Notes: a model not told the origin generated them from the letters alone. Numbered from the stretch's first letter, positions 7,844 to 18,150 are shown. The stretch: 64,000 nucleotides of DNA from Candidatus Pacearchaeota archaeon (GCA_041659265.1 JBAZYP010000009.1:12201-76200); one strand, 5' to 3'. Made by a program: numbers and translations.

Positions 7844-8862
7844 ATGGTTGTGGAAAAGAGATTGATGAAAGTGAATCTAAGAAAAAGAAGTCTAAGAAAA
7901 AAGAAGAGGTAAAGGAAACTAAACTTTCTGATCTTCCTGGAATAGGTCCTGCTGCACAGGAAAAACTTGAAGCTGCAGGAATCTTTGATGTTATGGGTAT
8001 TGCAGTTCTTGGACCTAAAGAATTATCTGAACTCGCTGGATTAGGCGAAGCTGTTGCAAGAAAGGTTATTCAAGCTGCAAGAAAGGTTATGGACCTTGGA
8101 TTTCAAGATGGATTAGAATTCGCTGAAAAAAGAGAAGAAGTATTTTTTATTACTACTGGAAGCAAGGAATTAGACAATCTTCTTGGGGGAAAGGGTGTTG
8201 AAACAAAAGCTATTACTGAAGCATTTGGGAGTTATGGAAGTGGAAAGACTCAATTAGGGTTGTCTTTAGCTGTTAATGTTCAGATGCCTTTAGAAAAAGG
8301 TGGGGCTGAAGGAAAGGCAGTTTATATTGACACTGAAGGAACTTTTAGGCCTGAAAGAATAAGACAAATTGCTGAATCAAAGGGAGCTAACCCTGAAAAT
8401 GTTTTAAAAAATATTCTTGTTGCAAGAGCATTTAATTCAGATCATCAGATTTTATTAATAGATAAAGTTGGTGAATTAATTAAAGGTGGAGAGCCTATAA
8501 GGATTGTTATTGTAGATTCTTTAACTGCTCATTTTAGGGCTGAATTTGCTGGAAGAGGGCAACTTGCAGATAGGCAGCAGAAATTAAATAAATATCTTCA
8601 CAATCTAATGAAAATTGCAGAACAATTTAATTTGGCAGTTTATGTAACAAATCAGGTCATGGCTAATCCTGCTATGATGTTTGGAGATCCTACGACAGCA
8701 ATAGGTGGAAATATTGTAGGTCATGCATCGACTTTTAGAATGTATATAAGAAAGGGAAAGAAAACTTCAAGAGTAGCTAAATTAATAGATAGTCCTAATC
8801 TTCCTGATAATGAGTGTATATTTTTTGTTGGTGCAAAGGGTGTTTGTGACGACGAAGAATAA
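7844..8862 (+). CDS. radA: DNA repair and recombination protein RadA, with an apparent 1-nt frame break near 7854-7857
   Basis: N-terminal HhH domain (KLSDLPGIGPAAQEKLEAAGIFDVMGIAVLGPKELSELAGLGEAVARKV), Walker A GSYGSGKTQL, IVIVDSLTAHFRAEF, GGNIVGHASTFRMY. No in-frame ATG/GTG/TTG between the in-frame TAA at 7840 and the HhH domain. ATG 7844 is in another frame. Confidence 0.9.
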
Positions 8863-8939
8863 AATTTAAAGGAATTCTAGTCTTTTTCAAATAGAATAAT
8901 GTTTATATATCATATTTAATATATAATATATATAAAAAA

Positions 8940-11312
8940 GTGAAAAAGGGGATGAAAAAGAAAAATCTTTTGTCTTTAGTAGTATTTCTAGTTTTAAACA
9001 TATTAGTTATTACTTCTGTATCTGCAGTAGTTAATCCGCCAATTGTTGAATCTGTTTCTCCAAATGATGGAATGATTACAAAAAATCCTTTATTTATTTG
9101 CAATGTTACTAGTAATTCTGCTGCATTATCTTTAATTTCAATTAGTATCTGGGATAGTGAAGGACAATTAGTAAATCATTCAATTGTAAACTTTCTAACT
9201 CCAGTATTATCTAATGTTTCAACATGGGCATATAGTTTTAGCAGATCTGGAAATTATACTTGGAATTGTTATTCTGAAGATAGTTTAGGGAATGGAGCTT
9301 GGAGTATTCAAGGAAATAAGACTTTGATATATGACATAACTAATCCATCATTAAAAATTAATTCTCCTTTTAATAACCAGAAATTTGCAACTAAATCCCT
9401 TTCACTTGAATTTTCATCAACAGATTCTACAAAATTTAATCACTCGATTGCGGGTGTTTATAATTCCTTAAATAATATTGAAAATTCGAACATAAGTTAT
9501 TTATCTGGGGATCAAACAATTCCCTTTGATATAAATCAAGATGGAAATTATTCTTTAAGGGTTAATAGTTATGACTTCATTGGAAACTCTAATAGCAGTT
9601 TTGTTAATATTATTGTTGATACAACGAAACCGGAGATAACAAAAAAATCTCCTATCAATGGGAGCACTTATTATACAAATCAATCGATTATAATTTATTT
9701 TGATGCTATTGATTTAACTTCTGTAAAAAAGTGGTGGAGTGATGGCAGTTCTAATTATAGTTTAGATATAGCGAATAATATCAGTTATACTTCGGCTGGA
9801 AATTATAATATAATCATTTATGCAAATGATAGTCTTGGAAATCTAGCAAGTGAAACCGTTTCCTTTTTTGTTATTGACATGCCTCAAAATAAATATCTTG
9901 AAAAAGAAAGTTCAAGTTATGTTGTTTCTGGGAATATTGAAGAAATAGTTTATTCTTACCAAAGCCAATTGCAAAATGTTAATGTTCCTTCAACATTATC
10001 TAGCAAGAATATTCTTATTGATTTTTCACAAATTTTAAATAATGGTGAACTAACTCTTTCGCAGAATTCATTGACACTAACTAGGGAAGATAGTTCGTTA
10101 AATCATGTTTTGATTTTTAATTCTGGAACAAGAATAATTTCTAATATATTGAATTGGGATGGCAAATTAAATTTGCCTTTTATTAGTTCTGAATCGGTTA
10201 GTGTACCTAATTCTGGAAGTTTAGAAATTTTACTTAATATGGGTGCAAGTTCTGAATTAAATTTATCTATTCCTGCAAAAATAATTCTTGCTGGAAAGGC
10301 TGGAAAAAAAGCAGCATGGAAAAAAGGGAGCAGTTCATCTTTAACTGAGATTAGTGTTTTATGTGATAGTATTACTCTTCCTACAAATATTAATTCAAAT
10401 TACCCTAGAGAATGTTATACTAATATTGGAACTGATTTAGTCATATTTACTTATCATCTTTCAGATTTTGCTGCATTCAATCCTACTTCTGTTCCAGTTA
10501 ATCCTAGTTCAGATGAAGAGGAAGTAAGTTCAACATCTTCTCCAGCAGGATCTGCTGGGGGCAACATGGGTTTTGTTTTACATTATCCTAATTATACTGA
10601 AATAAGGGAAGGATTTTCAAGAAGTTTAAAAGCAGGTGATCGTTTTAGGGTAAATATTAGTGGAGAAAATCATTTTGTTATTGTAGATAAGGTTGATACT
10701 AATTTTGTTGTAGTTAATATGTCTCCGAAATTTCAACAAACAGTAATAACCCTTAATGAATTTAAAAAATTTGATATTAATTTGGATGAAACTTTGGATT
10801 TTTCATTAAAGTTGAATTCTGTAATTTCTAATCGGGCTGGTTTAACAATAAAACATTTAGACGAGAAAGTTAATATTCCAACAAAAGAAAAAGAAGATAG
10901 TAGTCAAAAGAATAGTGCTGGAGAATATGCAACAAATGTTCCTACTGCTAGAGTAATAGATTCATCTTCATTATCAAAAAGCACAGGAGCATATGGATTA
11001 AATAGTGAAATAACTAAGAAGAAAACTGGATTATCCTTCTTTTTGTGGGCATTTATTACAAGCATGCTTTTAGTTGCAGGTTTTGCAACAACTAGTCATT
11101 ATGTACAGGTTAGAAAAAAGAAGATTGCTAGTGGTGAATCAAAAAAGTTTTCTTTTTCTTGGTCTAATTTATTTAAACGAGATAAATCTATAACTCCAAT
11201 TAATAATCTTCCTAGAAAAAATTATTTTTCTTTTTATTTTCCTTTTTTTAAACATAAAGAAAAACAAGAATCTTTGAATAATTGGGAACTTGCAAATGTT
11301 GTAAAAAGTTAA
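8940..11312 (+). CDS. Large secreted/surface protein with Ig-like repeats, PGF-pre-PGF-like domain and C-terminal TM
   Basis: Signal peptide, repeated Ig-like modules (SPINGSTYYTNQSIIIYFDAIDLTSVKKWWSDG), GFVLHYPNYTEIREGFSRSLKAGDRFRVNI, TM FFLWAFITSMLLVAGFA, basic tail. Confidence 0.75.
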   Translation: MKKGMKKKNLLSLVVFLVLNILVITSVSAVVNPPIVESVSPNDGMITKNPLFICNVTSNSAALSLISISIWDSEGQLVNHSIVNFLTPVLSNVSTWAYSFSRSGNYTWNCYSEDSLGNGAWSIQGNKTLIYDITNPSLKINSPFNNQKFATKSLSLEFSSTDSTKFNHSIAGVYNSLNNIENSNISYLSGDQTIPFDINQDGNYSLRVNSYDFIGNSNSSFVNIIVDTTKPEITKKSPINGSTYYTNQSIIIYFDAIDLTSVKKWWSDGSSNYSLDIANNISYTSAGNYNIIIYANDSLGNLASETVSFFVIDMPQNKYLEKESSSYVVSGNIEEIVYSYQSQLQNVNVPSTLSSKNILIDFSQILNNGELTLSQNSLTLTREDSSLNHVLIFNSGTRIISNILNWDGKLNLPFISSESVSVPNSGSLEILLNMGASSELNLSIPAKIILAGKAGKKAAWKKGSSSSLTEISVLCDSITLPTNINSNYPRECYTNIGTDLVIFTYHLSDFAAFNPTSVPVNPSSDEEEVSSTSSPAGSAGGNMGFVLHYPNYTEIREGFSRSLKAGDRFRVNISGENHFVIVDKVDTNFVVVNMSPKFQQTVITLNEFKKFDINLDETLDFSLKLNSVISNRAGLTIKHLDEKVNIPTKEKEDSSQKNSAGEYATNVPTARVIDSSSLSKSTGAYGLNSEITKKKTGLSFFLWAFITSMLLVAGFATTSHYVQVRKKKIASGESKKFSFSWSNLFKRDKSITPINNLPRKNYFSFYFPFFKHKEKQESLNNWELANVVKS

Positions 11313-11496
11313 TATTTTTATTAATTTTATAATTCTAAAGAACAAATAGATTCATGTTAATCATTAATCAATTATAATAAATTCTATTGGGTCTTTATTT
11401 AAGAATATCAATAATCTTTCTAATAATAATCTATATATAGGGTTACTTATTAAAAAAATAAGGTAAAAAAAGAGTTATCAACTTAAGATATATAAG

Positions 11497-12717
11497 ATGA
11501 AAAATCCTGATTGGTTATTAGCTGATTTGCATATTCATTCAAAATATTCTAGAGCTTGCAGCAAGGATTTAGATATCCCTAATCTTGTTAAATGGGCGAA
11601 AGTTAAAGGGATTGATATTTTAGGCACAGGCGATTTTACGCATCCTAAATGGCTTGAAGAAATAAAAAAATTAAAGGAAGAAGAAGGAATTTATTATTAT
11701 AATTTAGATGAGGAAAATCGTTTTCCTTTTATTTTAAGTTCTGAAATTTCCCTTGTATATTCAAAAAATGGAAGGGGTAGAAGAATTCATTTATTATATT
11801 TTGCTCCTAACATAGAAGCTGTAAACAAAATTAATTCTTGGTTAGATAGCAAGGGGAGGAGAGATTATGATGGTAGACCTATCTTTAAGATAAGTTGCAG
11901 AGATTTTGTAGATGAGATGAATAAAATAGATGATAGAATAGAAGTAATTCCGGCTCATATTTGGACTCCTTGGTTTGGTGTTTTTGGTAGTAAAGGAGGT
12001 TTTGATAGTTTACTTGATGCATTTGAGGATAAACTTTCCCTTATACATGCAATTGAAACTGGAATTTCATCTGATCCTGAGATGAATTGGAAAATAAAAG
12101 ATTTAGATAATATCTCTATATTAAGTTTTTCAGATGCACATAGTTTTTGGCCCTGGAGACTTGGAAGAGAGGCAACTATTTTTAAAAAACCGATTGGCAA
12201 GTTAAGTTATCTTGAGATAATTAAACAAATTAGAGATAAAACTTTTATAGGCACTATAGAAACTGATCCTTCTTATGGAAAATATCATCTTGATGGTCAT
12301 ATTAAATGTGATTTTTCTTCAATTCCGGAAGTAACTAAGAAATTAAATGGAATTTGCCCTAAATGCAAAAAACCATTAACAATAGGAGTAGATTATAGAG
12401 TTAATGAACTTTCAAAACAAGGAAAATCAAAACTTAAAAATAAAAAAATTTATTATAAAATTTTACCTTTGCATGAAATTATCTCATTAGCATTAGGTAC
12501 TGGAATAAATAGCAAAGCTTGTTGGAAGATATATAATGATTTAATAATTAATTTTAATAATGAAATTGATATTTTATTGAATATTGAAAAAGATAAATTA
12601 AAAGAATTTTTAAAAAATGATTTTTTAGTTGAATTAATTTTAAGAAACCGGGAAGGAAAGATAAAAGTTAAACCTGGATATGATGGAATATATGGTGAAG
12701 CGTTAATTTCTATTTAA
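11497..12717 (+). CDS. Endonuclease Q-like PHP-domain nuclease
   Basis: WLLADLHIHSKYSRACSKDL, GTGDFTHPKW, IPAHIWTPWFGVFGSKGGFDS, FSDAHSFWPWRLGREAT, C-terminal Zn motif ICPKCKKPLTIGVDYRVNEL. Confidence 0.9.
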   Translation: MKNPDWLLADLHIHSKYSRACSKDLDIPNLVKWAKVKGIDILGTGDFTHPKWLEEIKKLKEEEGIYYYNLDEENRFPFILSSEISLVYSKNGRGRRIHLLYFAPNIEAVNKINSWLDSKGRRDYDGRPIFKISCRDFVDEMNKIDDRIEVIPAHIWTPWFGVFGSKGGFDSLLDAFEDKLSLIHAIETGISSDPEMNWKIKDLDNISILSFSDAHSFWPWRLGREATIFKKPIGKLSYLEIIKQIRDKTFIGTIETDPSYGKYHLDGHIKCDFSSIPEVTKKLNGICPKCKKPLTIGVDYRVNELSKQGKSKLKNKKIYYKILPLHEIISLALGTGINSKACWKIYNDLIINFNNEIDILLNIEKDKLKEFLKNDFLVELILRNREGKIKVKPGYDGIYGEALISI

Positions 12718-12737
12718 GAAAAATAAAAGATTTTATT

Positions 12738-13466
12738 TTAGGCTTTTTCAATTAAAAAATCACAATGTTCTTTTTTAGCTAATTTTTCGACCTTTTCCAT
12801 TGTCTGATTCATTTCATTATTTAATCTTTTAAAGTCTTTTCCTTCTATTCGTATGGAATATTTTCCTGCAGCTAGATAAGTGATGCTGCATAAGGAACCA
12901 TTGCAAGACTCCTGCAGGATATTTTTTACAGTAGTCATTCCAGATGATGATTTGTTTGATAATTTAAAAATTTGCCTTATTTCTTTTGGTTTTTCTTTTT
13001 TAGTTTCAAATATTTTTAATATTTTTTCTGATTGTTCTTGATTGAAATAAACATCTAATTTCTTTGGATTTTCAATAGATTCTTCAAAAAAATCCAGAAG
13101 TGCTTCATTTTCTGATATTTTTTCTATTATTTTTTCTGATTCTTCTTTTCCTAGAATTGTTCTTAAAATAGCTTTGTAACTTTTTTCTTTTTCTACTTTT
13201 TCAAGAAGTTCTTTTCTTTCATTTGGTTTAACTCTTCTTAATGAAAGTTGAATTTTATTATCTTTGATACTAAGAATTTTACATACTATTTTTTTATTTG
13301 GAATAACATATTCTCTTAAATTTCTTATTCTACCTGGAGCTATTTCTGAAGTTGTTATTGTTCCATCATCATTATAGTCATCAAGTCTAACAAATACGGT
13401 TGTACCTAGAATCTTATCTACTGTACAAAGTACTAATTGGCCTTCTTCAAGTTGTTCATTTACCAT
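12738..13466 (-). CDS. Translation initiation factor 2 subunit alpha
   Basis: N-terminal S1 domain (EEGQLVLCTVDKILGTTVFVRLDDY...GTITTSEIAPGRIRNLREYV), then the helical domain and the aIF2alpha C-terminal domain. Adjacent to S27e as in many archaea. Confidence 0.92.
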   Translation of the reverse strand: MVNEQLEEGQLVLCTVDKILGTTVFVRLDDYNDDGTITTSEIAPGRIRNLREYVIPNKKIVCKILSIKDNKIQLSLRRVKPNERKELLEKVEKEKSYKAILRTILGKEESEKIIEKISENEALLDFFEESIENPKKLDVYFNQEQSEKILKIFETKKEKPKEIRQIFKLSNKSSSGMTTVKNILQESCNGSLCSITYLAAGKYSIRIEGKDFKRLNNEMNQTMEKVEKLAKKEHCDFLIEKA

Positions 13467-13506
13467 AAAGAGAATAGAGAATATAAGCGGTTATAAAGTT
13501 TTTGTA

Positions 13507-13677
13507 TTAATTCAGAACTTCAACTACACGAGCTTTAATTTCTGCTTTTCCGCCTTTTGGTTCTGCAATTATAGCATCACAAATAAGGCATTTAACCTTT
13601 GTTGTTGCTCCTTCGAATATTATTTGTTCGTTCTTACAGGATTGGCATCTTACTTTGATAAATTTATATCTTCCCAT
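13507..13677 (-). CDS. rps27e: 30S ribosomal protein S27e (not in the supplied ORF track)
   Basis: MGRYKFIKVRCQSCKNEQIIFEGATTKVKCLICDAIIAEPKGGKAEIKARVVEVLN*. CxxC...CxxC zinc ribbon, located next to aIF2alpha. Confidence 0.92.
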   Translation of the reverse strand: MGRYKFIKVRCQSCKNEQIIFEGATTKVKCLICDAIIAEPKGGKAEIKARVVEVLN

Positions 13678-13791
13678 GAGAAGTTATGTTTTAGAGGGTT
13701 TAAAAAGATTTTGTTTAGGTATTTTTAGGATAATTACAAAAAATTCCTAAAAATAGTCTATTTTATAAAACTTAGATTCATTAAATAGTCT

Positions 13792-14655
13792 ATGAAAAAA
13801 GATGTGAATGTAAGAGCTCAAATGAGTTTATTTATTATTATTGGAATAATTCTTTTTATTTTAATCGGTTTAATTTATGGATATTATGGATATAAATTAA
13901 AAAAAGATGCTGAATTAAATAAGGAATATTTTAATAATGAAGAGATAAAATTAGAGGTAGAAAATATTTATTCAAATATTCTTTTATGCATAGATATTTC
14001 TGGAAGAGAAAGTTTAAGGATGTTGGGTTTACAAGGAGGATATATTAAAAAACCCATTAGAGCAATCGAATATGATGGCTTTTTTATTCCTTATCATTAT
14101 TATGAAGGAGAATCTTATCCTCTTGGAATTGAGGAAGTTAAACCTGAATTAGAGCTATTTATGAATCAAGAAGTGGAACGTTGTTTTAATACGTTAAATT
14201 TTTCTAATTATGAACTTAAACATGATTTACCAAAAACCCAAGTAGCAATAAATAATGATGAAATTGTTTTTAATGTTGATAGTAAATTTACAATAAAACG
14301 TGATGGAAGATTTATATCATTTAATACAAATGAATATCCTATTCAACAAAAATCTGCATTAAAAGGTATATTAGAAATAGATCAATATATATTAGATTCT
14401 CATAAATTAGATCCTAAAAAATATTGCATTAGCTGTATTGATAAGATGGCTAAAGAAAAGGATATTTATGTAAAATATTCTGTATTTTCAAATAATACAG
14501 TTTTATTTATTATTGGGGAAAATAGGACTGGAACAGAACCTTATTTATTCAATTTTTTTAATAAATATACTGGAAAGGAAACAAGTGATGATTTTAAATT
14601 AACCGGAGATAGTGCTGAAAAAATTCCGGTTTATCAGGGGGGAATAAAATCATGA
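13792..14655 (+). CDS. Single-TM envelope protein
   Basis: N-terminal VRAQMSLFIIIGIILFILIGLIYGYYGY helix plus a 260-aa soluble domain. Overlaps the next start (TGA/ATG). Confidence 0.6.
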   Translation: MKKDVNVRAQMSLFIIIGIILFILIGLIYGYYGYKLKKDAELNKEYFNNEEIKLEVENIYSNILLCIDISGRESLRMLGLQGGYIKKPIRAIEYDGFFIPYHYYEGESYPLGIEEVKPELELFMNQEVERCFNTLNFSNYELKHDLPKTQVAINNDEIVFNVDSKFTIKRDGRFISFNTNEYPIQQKSALKGILEIDQYILDSHKLDPKKYCISCIDKMAKEKDIYVKYSVFSNNTVLFIIGENRTGTEPYLFNFFNKYTGKETSDDFKLTGDSAEKIPVYQGGIKS

Positions 14656-16409
14656 AACTCTCTAGAAATAAAAATTTAATTATTTGTAATTTATTTATTT
14701 TATTTTTAATATTAATATTTCAAATCTCTGCTGCAGATATAACTCCTGAAATAAAAACCGATTTAGAAAATTTTAGAAGTCAACTTGAAATTGGAAATTT
14801 TAAAGATTTATTTACTAAACTAGATAAGACTGATCCTCAGCATCTTTCTGTAATTTTTAGTGGTATGGATAATAAGAATTTAGTACATGTTTGGAATAAT
14901 ATGGAAGTAAAACAATCAAATGGGAATTTGGATATTGAAAAAACTAATAAGTATAGACAAATGCTTTTAGATGGTTTAAAGGATAAAAAAGAAGATATTA
15001 ATTTATTTATTTCAGAACTTATTAAAAAAAATTCTAATATTATAGATTTTGAATTTAGTGGAGTTGAAAATTCTGCAGGAGTTAATATTAATGGAGATTT
15101 TATTGATTTTAAAGATTCAAATGGAAATATTCATAAACTGTCTTTAAAGGATCTGACTGGATTTAAAAAAATTTATTTTTCTGACATGAAAGAGGGTGGA
15201 AATGGATATGCAATGCATTATGTTTATTCAATGGGAAGAAAAAGCGGGGCAGTTTTATCAAGAGGTTATCTTAAGGGAAATGAAAAAAATGGATTTGATA
15301 TATTAGAAAATGAAGGATCAATAATAAAAAATGTTGGTCATATTAGTTTTGGAGATAACCCTCAAGAGGCAATTTATTTTCGTGGAATTCCTAAGGAAGT
15401 GGATGGAGAAAAATTTAGTTTAGGAGATTATATATTTAATAAACCTGGAAGAGATGGAGATATTAATTTTAAAGACTCATTAGGAAATCTTGAATCTAGT
15501 AAACGGGATTTGTTAAATGGACAAGGAGATAGAGTTGGTTTTCAGAATGAAGAAGGATTGAGGGGAGTAAAAAAAATAGATACAAATGGAGATAATATTC
15601 CTGATAAAATAATTGATATAACTCATCAAAATGGGGTTGGAGTAAAATATGGGGATAAAGTAATTGGAGCTAATTCTAAAAATGTTCTTGAGATTAAAGA
15701 TAGGGGAGAAGATATTGAAGCTGGTTTTTCAAAAAATATAATTAATGCAGAAATAACTAATCAAAATGGCAAGGTTTTTTATAAGGATGAATCTGGAAAT
15801 GAAGTAAATGCTGGAAAAGGGTATTCTTTAAAAATTGTTAATGGAAAAACAAATACTGGAGTTTTTGTTGATAGACAAGATAGTGGTGCTGGAACAGAGG
15901 GAGGCAGAGTTGATGGCTCAGGAGAAACTACAATTACACATACACAAGAGCTGGTTAATCAAGAAATTCAAGATGAAAAAGATAGATTAACATCTGAAAA
16001 TAATAATCAAAATAATCAAAATATTGATCCGTCTGCTTTAGCTGTTCATAATTATCTTAATAAGTATAGGGGCAAAGAACTAGTTTGGGATGAAAAAATT
16101 GCTGAAGTAGCAAGAAAATATAGTGTGCATTTGTCTACAGGGGTTCCTTTTAATCATGATCAGGCAGGAGGATTTAACTCAAGACTTTCTCAAATTGGTG
16201 GAAATGGGGGAGAAAATATTGCATATTTTTCAACTTCTGAAGAATTAAACCCTGAAGAAATTGGAAGAAGACTTAGTGTACAGTGGATAAATAGTAGAGG
16301 GCATAGGAATAATATATTAGGCAATTGGAAAAGAACAGGAGTTGGAATATATTCTTTTCAAAGAGGCGGGATGTATTATCATTATGGAACTCAAATCTTT
16401 GCAAATTAA
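14652..16409 (+). CDS. Secreted protein with C-terminal CAP/SCP domain
   Basis: Signal peptide. C-terminal VHNYLNKYRGKELVWDEKIAEVARKYSVHLSTGVPFNHDQAGG...GGENIAYF...WINSRGHRNNILGNWKRTGVGIY. Confidence 0.85.
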   Translation: MKLSRNKNLIICNLFILFLILIFQISAADITPEIKTDLENFRSQLEIGNFKDLFTKLDKTDPQHLSVIFSGMDNKNLVHVWNNMEVKQSNGNLDIEKTNKYRQMLLDGLKDKKEDINLFISELIKKNSNIIDFEFSGVENSAGVNINGDFIDFKDSNGNIHKLSLKDLTGFKKIYFSDMKEGGNGYAMHYVYSMGRKSGAVLSRGYLKGNEKNGFDILENEGSIIKNVGHISFGDNPQEAIYFRGIPKEVDGEKFSLGDYIFNKPGRDGDINFKDSLGNLESSKRDLLNGQGDRVGFQNEEGLRGVKKIDTNGDNIPDKIIDITHQNGVGVKYGDKVIGANSKNVLEIKDRGEDIEAGFSKNIINAEITNQNGKVFYKDESGNEVNAGKGYSLKIVNGKTNTGVFVDRQDSGAGTEGGRVDGSGETTITHTQELVNQEIQDEKDRLTSENNNQNNQNIDPSALAVHNYLNKYRGKELVWDEKIAEVARKYSVHLSTGVPFNHDQAGGFNSRLSQIGGNGGENIAYFSTSEELNPEEIGRRLSVQWINSRGHRNNILGNWKRTGVGIYSFQRGGMYYHYGTQIFAN

Positions 16410-16423
16410 AAAGAATAAAAAAA

Positions 16424-17752
16424 TCAAACTTTAATTAGTTCGTATTCTAATTTTTTCTTAACTAACTCAATAAATTTTTCTTCTTGATCTTTTTTAATCG
16501 TGCAACCTGCTGATTGTTTATGGCCTCCAAATTCTGCACCAAGGTCTTCTGCAATTGATTCTAAAAAATCTTTAAGATTTCTTCTTGATTTGTTATCTCT
16601 ACCTGCAATTCTAGTTGAAACTTTTATTTTATCTTCATTATATGCCATTGCAATAATTATTGTACCTTCTTTATAGATAGGTGAAAATGAAAGAATGCTT
16701 GCTATTGTTCCTATTATTGTATCTTTAATATTATCTTTTGCATTAATAATAATATATTCTCTTCCTTGAATTTTTTCATTATTTTCTATATATTTAAGAC
16801 CTGAAATAATATGTTGACGATATTTGAAATATATTCTTTCAGCTTTTTTTCTATATTCTGAATTTCCTAAACATAACATTAATGCAATTTCAGGCTTTCC
16901 CATTCTAGAACATGCATTTATTATTGCTGAAAGTTCTCTAGCATCTTCTAATTTATTATAGAATTTTACCAGATATAAGTTTCCAATAAATCTTGAACTT
17001 TCTTTAGCAGATAGTCTTAAAGCTACTGCTGTAACAAGTCTTTTCATTTCTTCTTCTTCTAATTCAATTAATGATCTAAATCCTTTTTCTCCTTTTTCAA
17101 TACCTGCTTCTTTAAGCAGTTCATAGGTTCCTTTTGCATCTCCTGTAACTCCTGGTATAAATGGTCTTGAACAGAATTCTAATGCCTTATCTAGGGGTCT
17201 AGTTGAAGGATAGATTAGTAAACCCTTTCTTATTTTAACTTCAGACTCTTTGATTAATTTACTTCTTGTTTTTGAAATTTCTTTTTCTAAATTATCTCCT
17301 ATCATTCCAATTATTGATAATTGAGACAAATCTTTATTGTCTTGTGAAAATTCTCTAGAAATTAGAAAAGATAATTCAGAAATGCATAATTCTTCAAATT
17401 CCTTAAAAAGATGAGGATTTAAAATATGCAGATTTTTGGATTCAAAAGGAATTAATTCATGATTATCTATAATAAATATTTCTTGGTTTAATGATGAAAT
17501 GTCTTCTAGATTGTTTGAACCCATTCCTAAAAGGATAATTAATTGCTCTTTTGGAAATGAATCTATTTCTTGCTTATTAAGTTGTTTTAAAATTTTAATT
17601 GAAAATTTTTTATTTAATCTTTCAAGGGTTTTAGAAAAAATTGCAGCAGAAATTATTCCATCTGTATCAAAATTACTTATTATGCAGATGTTTTTTTTAT
17701 TTGAAGCTTCTATAAATTCTTTAGAAAATCCTTTTATAGCTTCTTCTATCAT
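16424..17752 (-). CDS. DHH/DHHA1-family protein (RecJ/GAN/Cdc45-like), motifs degenerate
   Basis: IISNFDTDGIISAAIFSK, LIILLGMGSNNL, IFIIDNHELI, GMIGDN, and DHHA1-like SRFIGNLYLVKFY...GGHKQSAGCTI. Confidence 0.8.
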   Translation of the reverse strand: MIEEAIKGFSKEFIEASNKKNICIISNFDTDGIISAAIFSKTLERLNKKFSIKILKQLNKQEIDSFPKEQLIILLGMGSNNLEDISSLNQEIFIIDNHELIPFESKNLHILNPHLFKEFEELCISELSFLISREFSQDNKDLSQLSIIGMIGDNLEKEISKTRSKLIKESEVKIRKGLLIYPSTRPLDKALEFCSRPFIPGVTGDAKGTYELLKEAGIEKGEKGFRSLIELEEEEMKRLVTAVALRLSAKESSRFIGNLYLVKFYNKLEDARELSAIINACSRMGKPEIALMLCLGNSEYRKKAERIYFKYRQHIISGLKYIENNEKIQGREYIIINAKDNIKDTIIGTIASILSFSPIYKEGTIIIAMAYNEDKIKVSTRIAGRDNKSRRNLKDFLESIAEDLGAEFGGHKQSAGCTIKKDQEEKFIELVKKKLEYELIKV

Positions 17753-17781
17753 TTTACCTCTTTTTATAACTAAAAGTAACT

Positions 17782-18150
17782 TTATTTATTAGAATTTTTT
17801 CTTGAATCGTAGTATTCTCTTTTTTTAAGTTGCGCTTTAGTGATTATTAAAGAACGTTCAGCTTTTTTGTCACCTTTATTTCTACTATAGTGTTTTATTA
17901 TTTTATCTAAATGTGTCTTAAGATTCTTAGTTGTTGGTTCTTCAAATTTACCTTTTTCTTCTAAGATCTTTTTTATTTTAATATTATATAGTTTTACTTT
18001 TGGAATACCGTATTGATCCCTTAATACCAAGCCTATTTTTTCAGAAGTTAAACCTTTATTGGCTAGTTTTACTATAATTGCTTCTACTTCTTCTTTAGTA
18101 TATTTTAACCATACTGGTTTTTCAGTTGTTATTTTTTTTGCTTTAGGCAT
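17782..18150 (-). CDS. rps15: 30S ribosomal protein S15
   Basis: PVWLKYTKEEVEAIIVKLANKGLTSEKIGLVLRDQYGIPKVKLYN...LKTHLDKIIKHYSRNKGDKKAERSLIITKAQLKKREYY. Confidence 0.93.
   Translation of the reverse strand: MPKAKKITTEKPVWLKYTKEEVEAIIVKLANKGLTSEKIGLVLRDQYGIPKVKLYNIKIKKILEEKGKFEEPTTKNLKTHLDKIIKHYSRNKGDKKAERSLIITKAQLKKREYYDSRKNSNK

Noticed and set aside
8903-9103. Minus-strand ORF 66 aa at the start of the 8940 surface gene
   Set aside because: Antisense to a signal-peptide coding region.
11955-12200. Minus-strand ORF 81 aa
   Set aside because: Antisense within the conserved EndoQ-like coding region.
17499-17792. Plus-strand ORF 97 aa
   Set aside because: Antisense to the DHH-family gene, which carries recognisable motifs; no RBS or domain.
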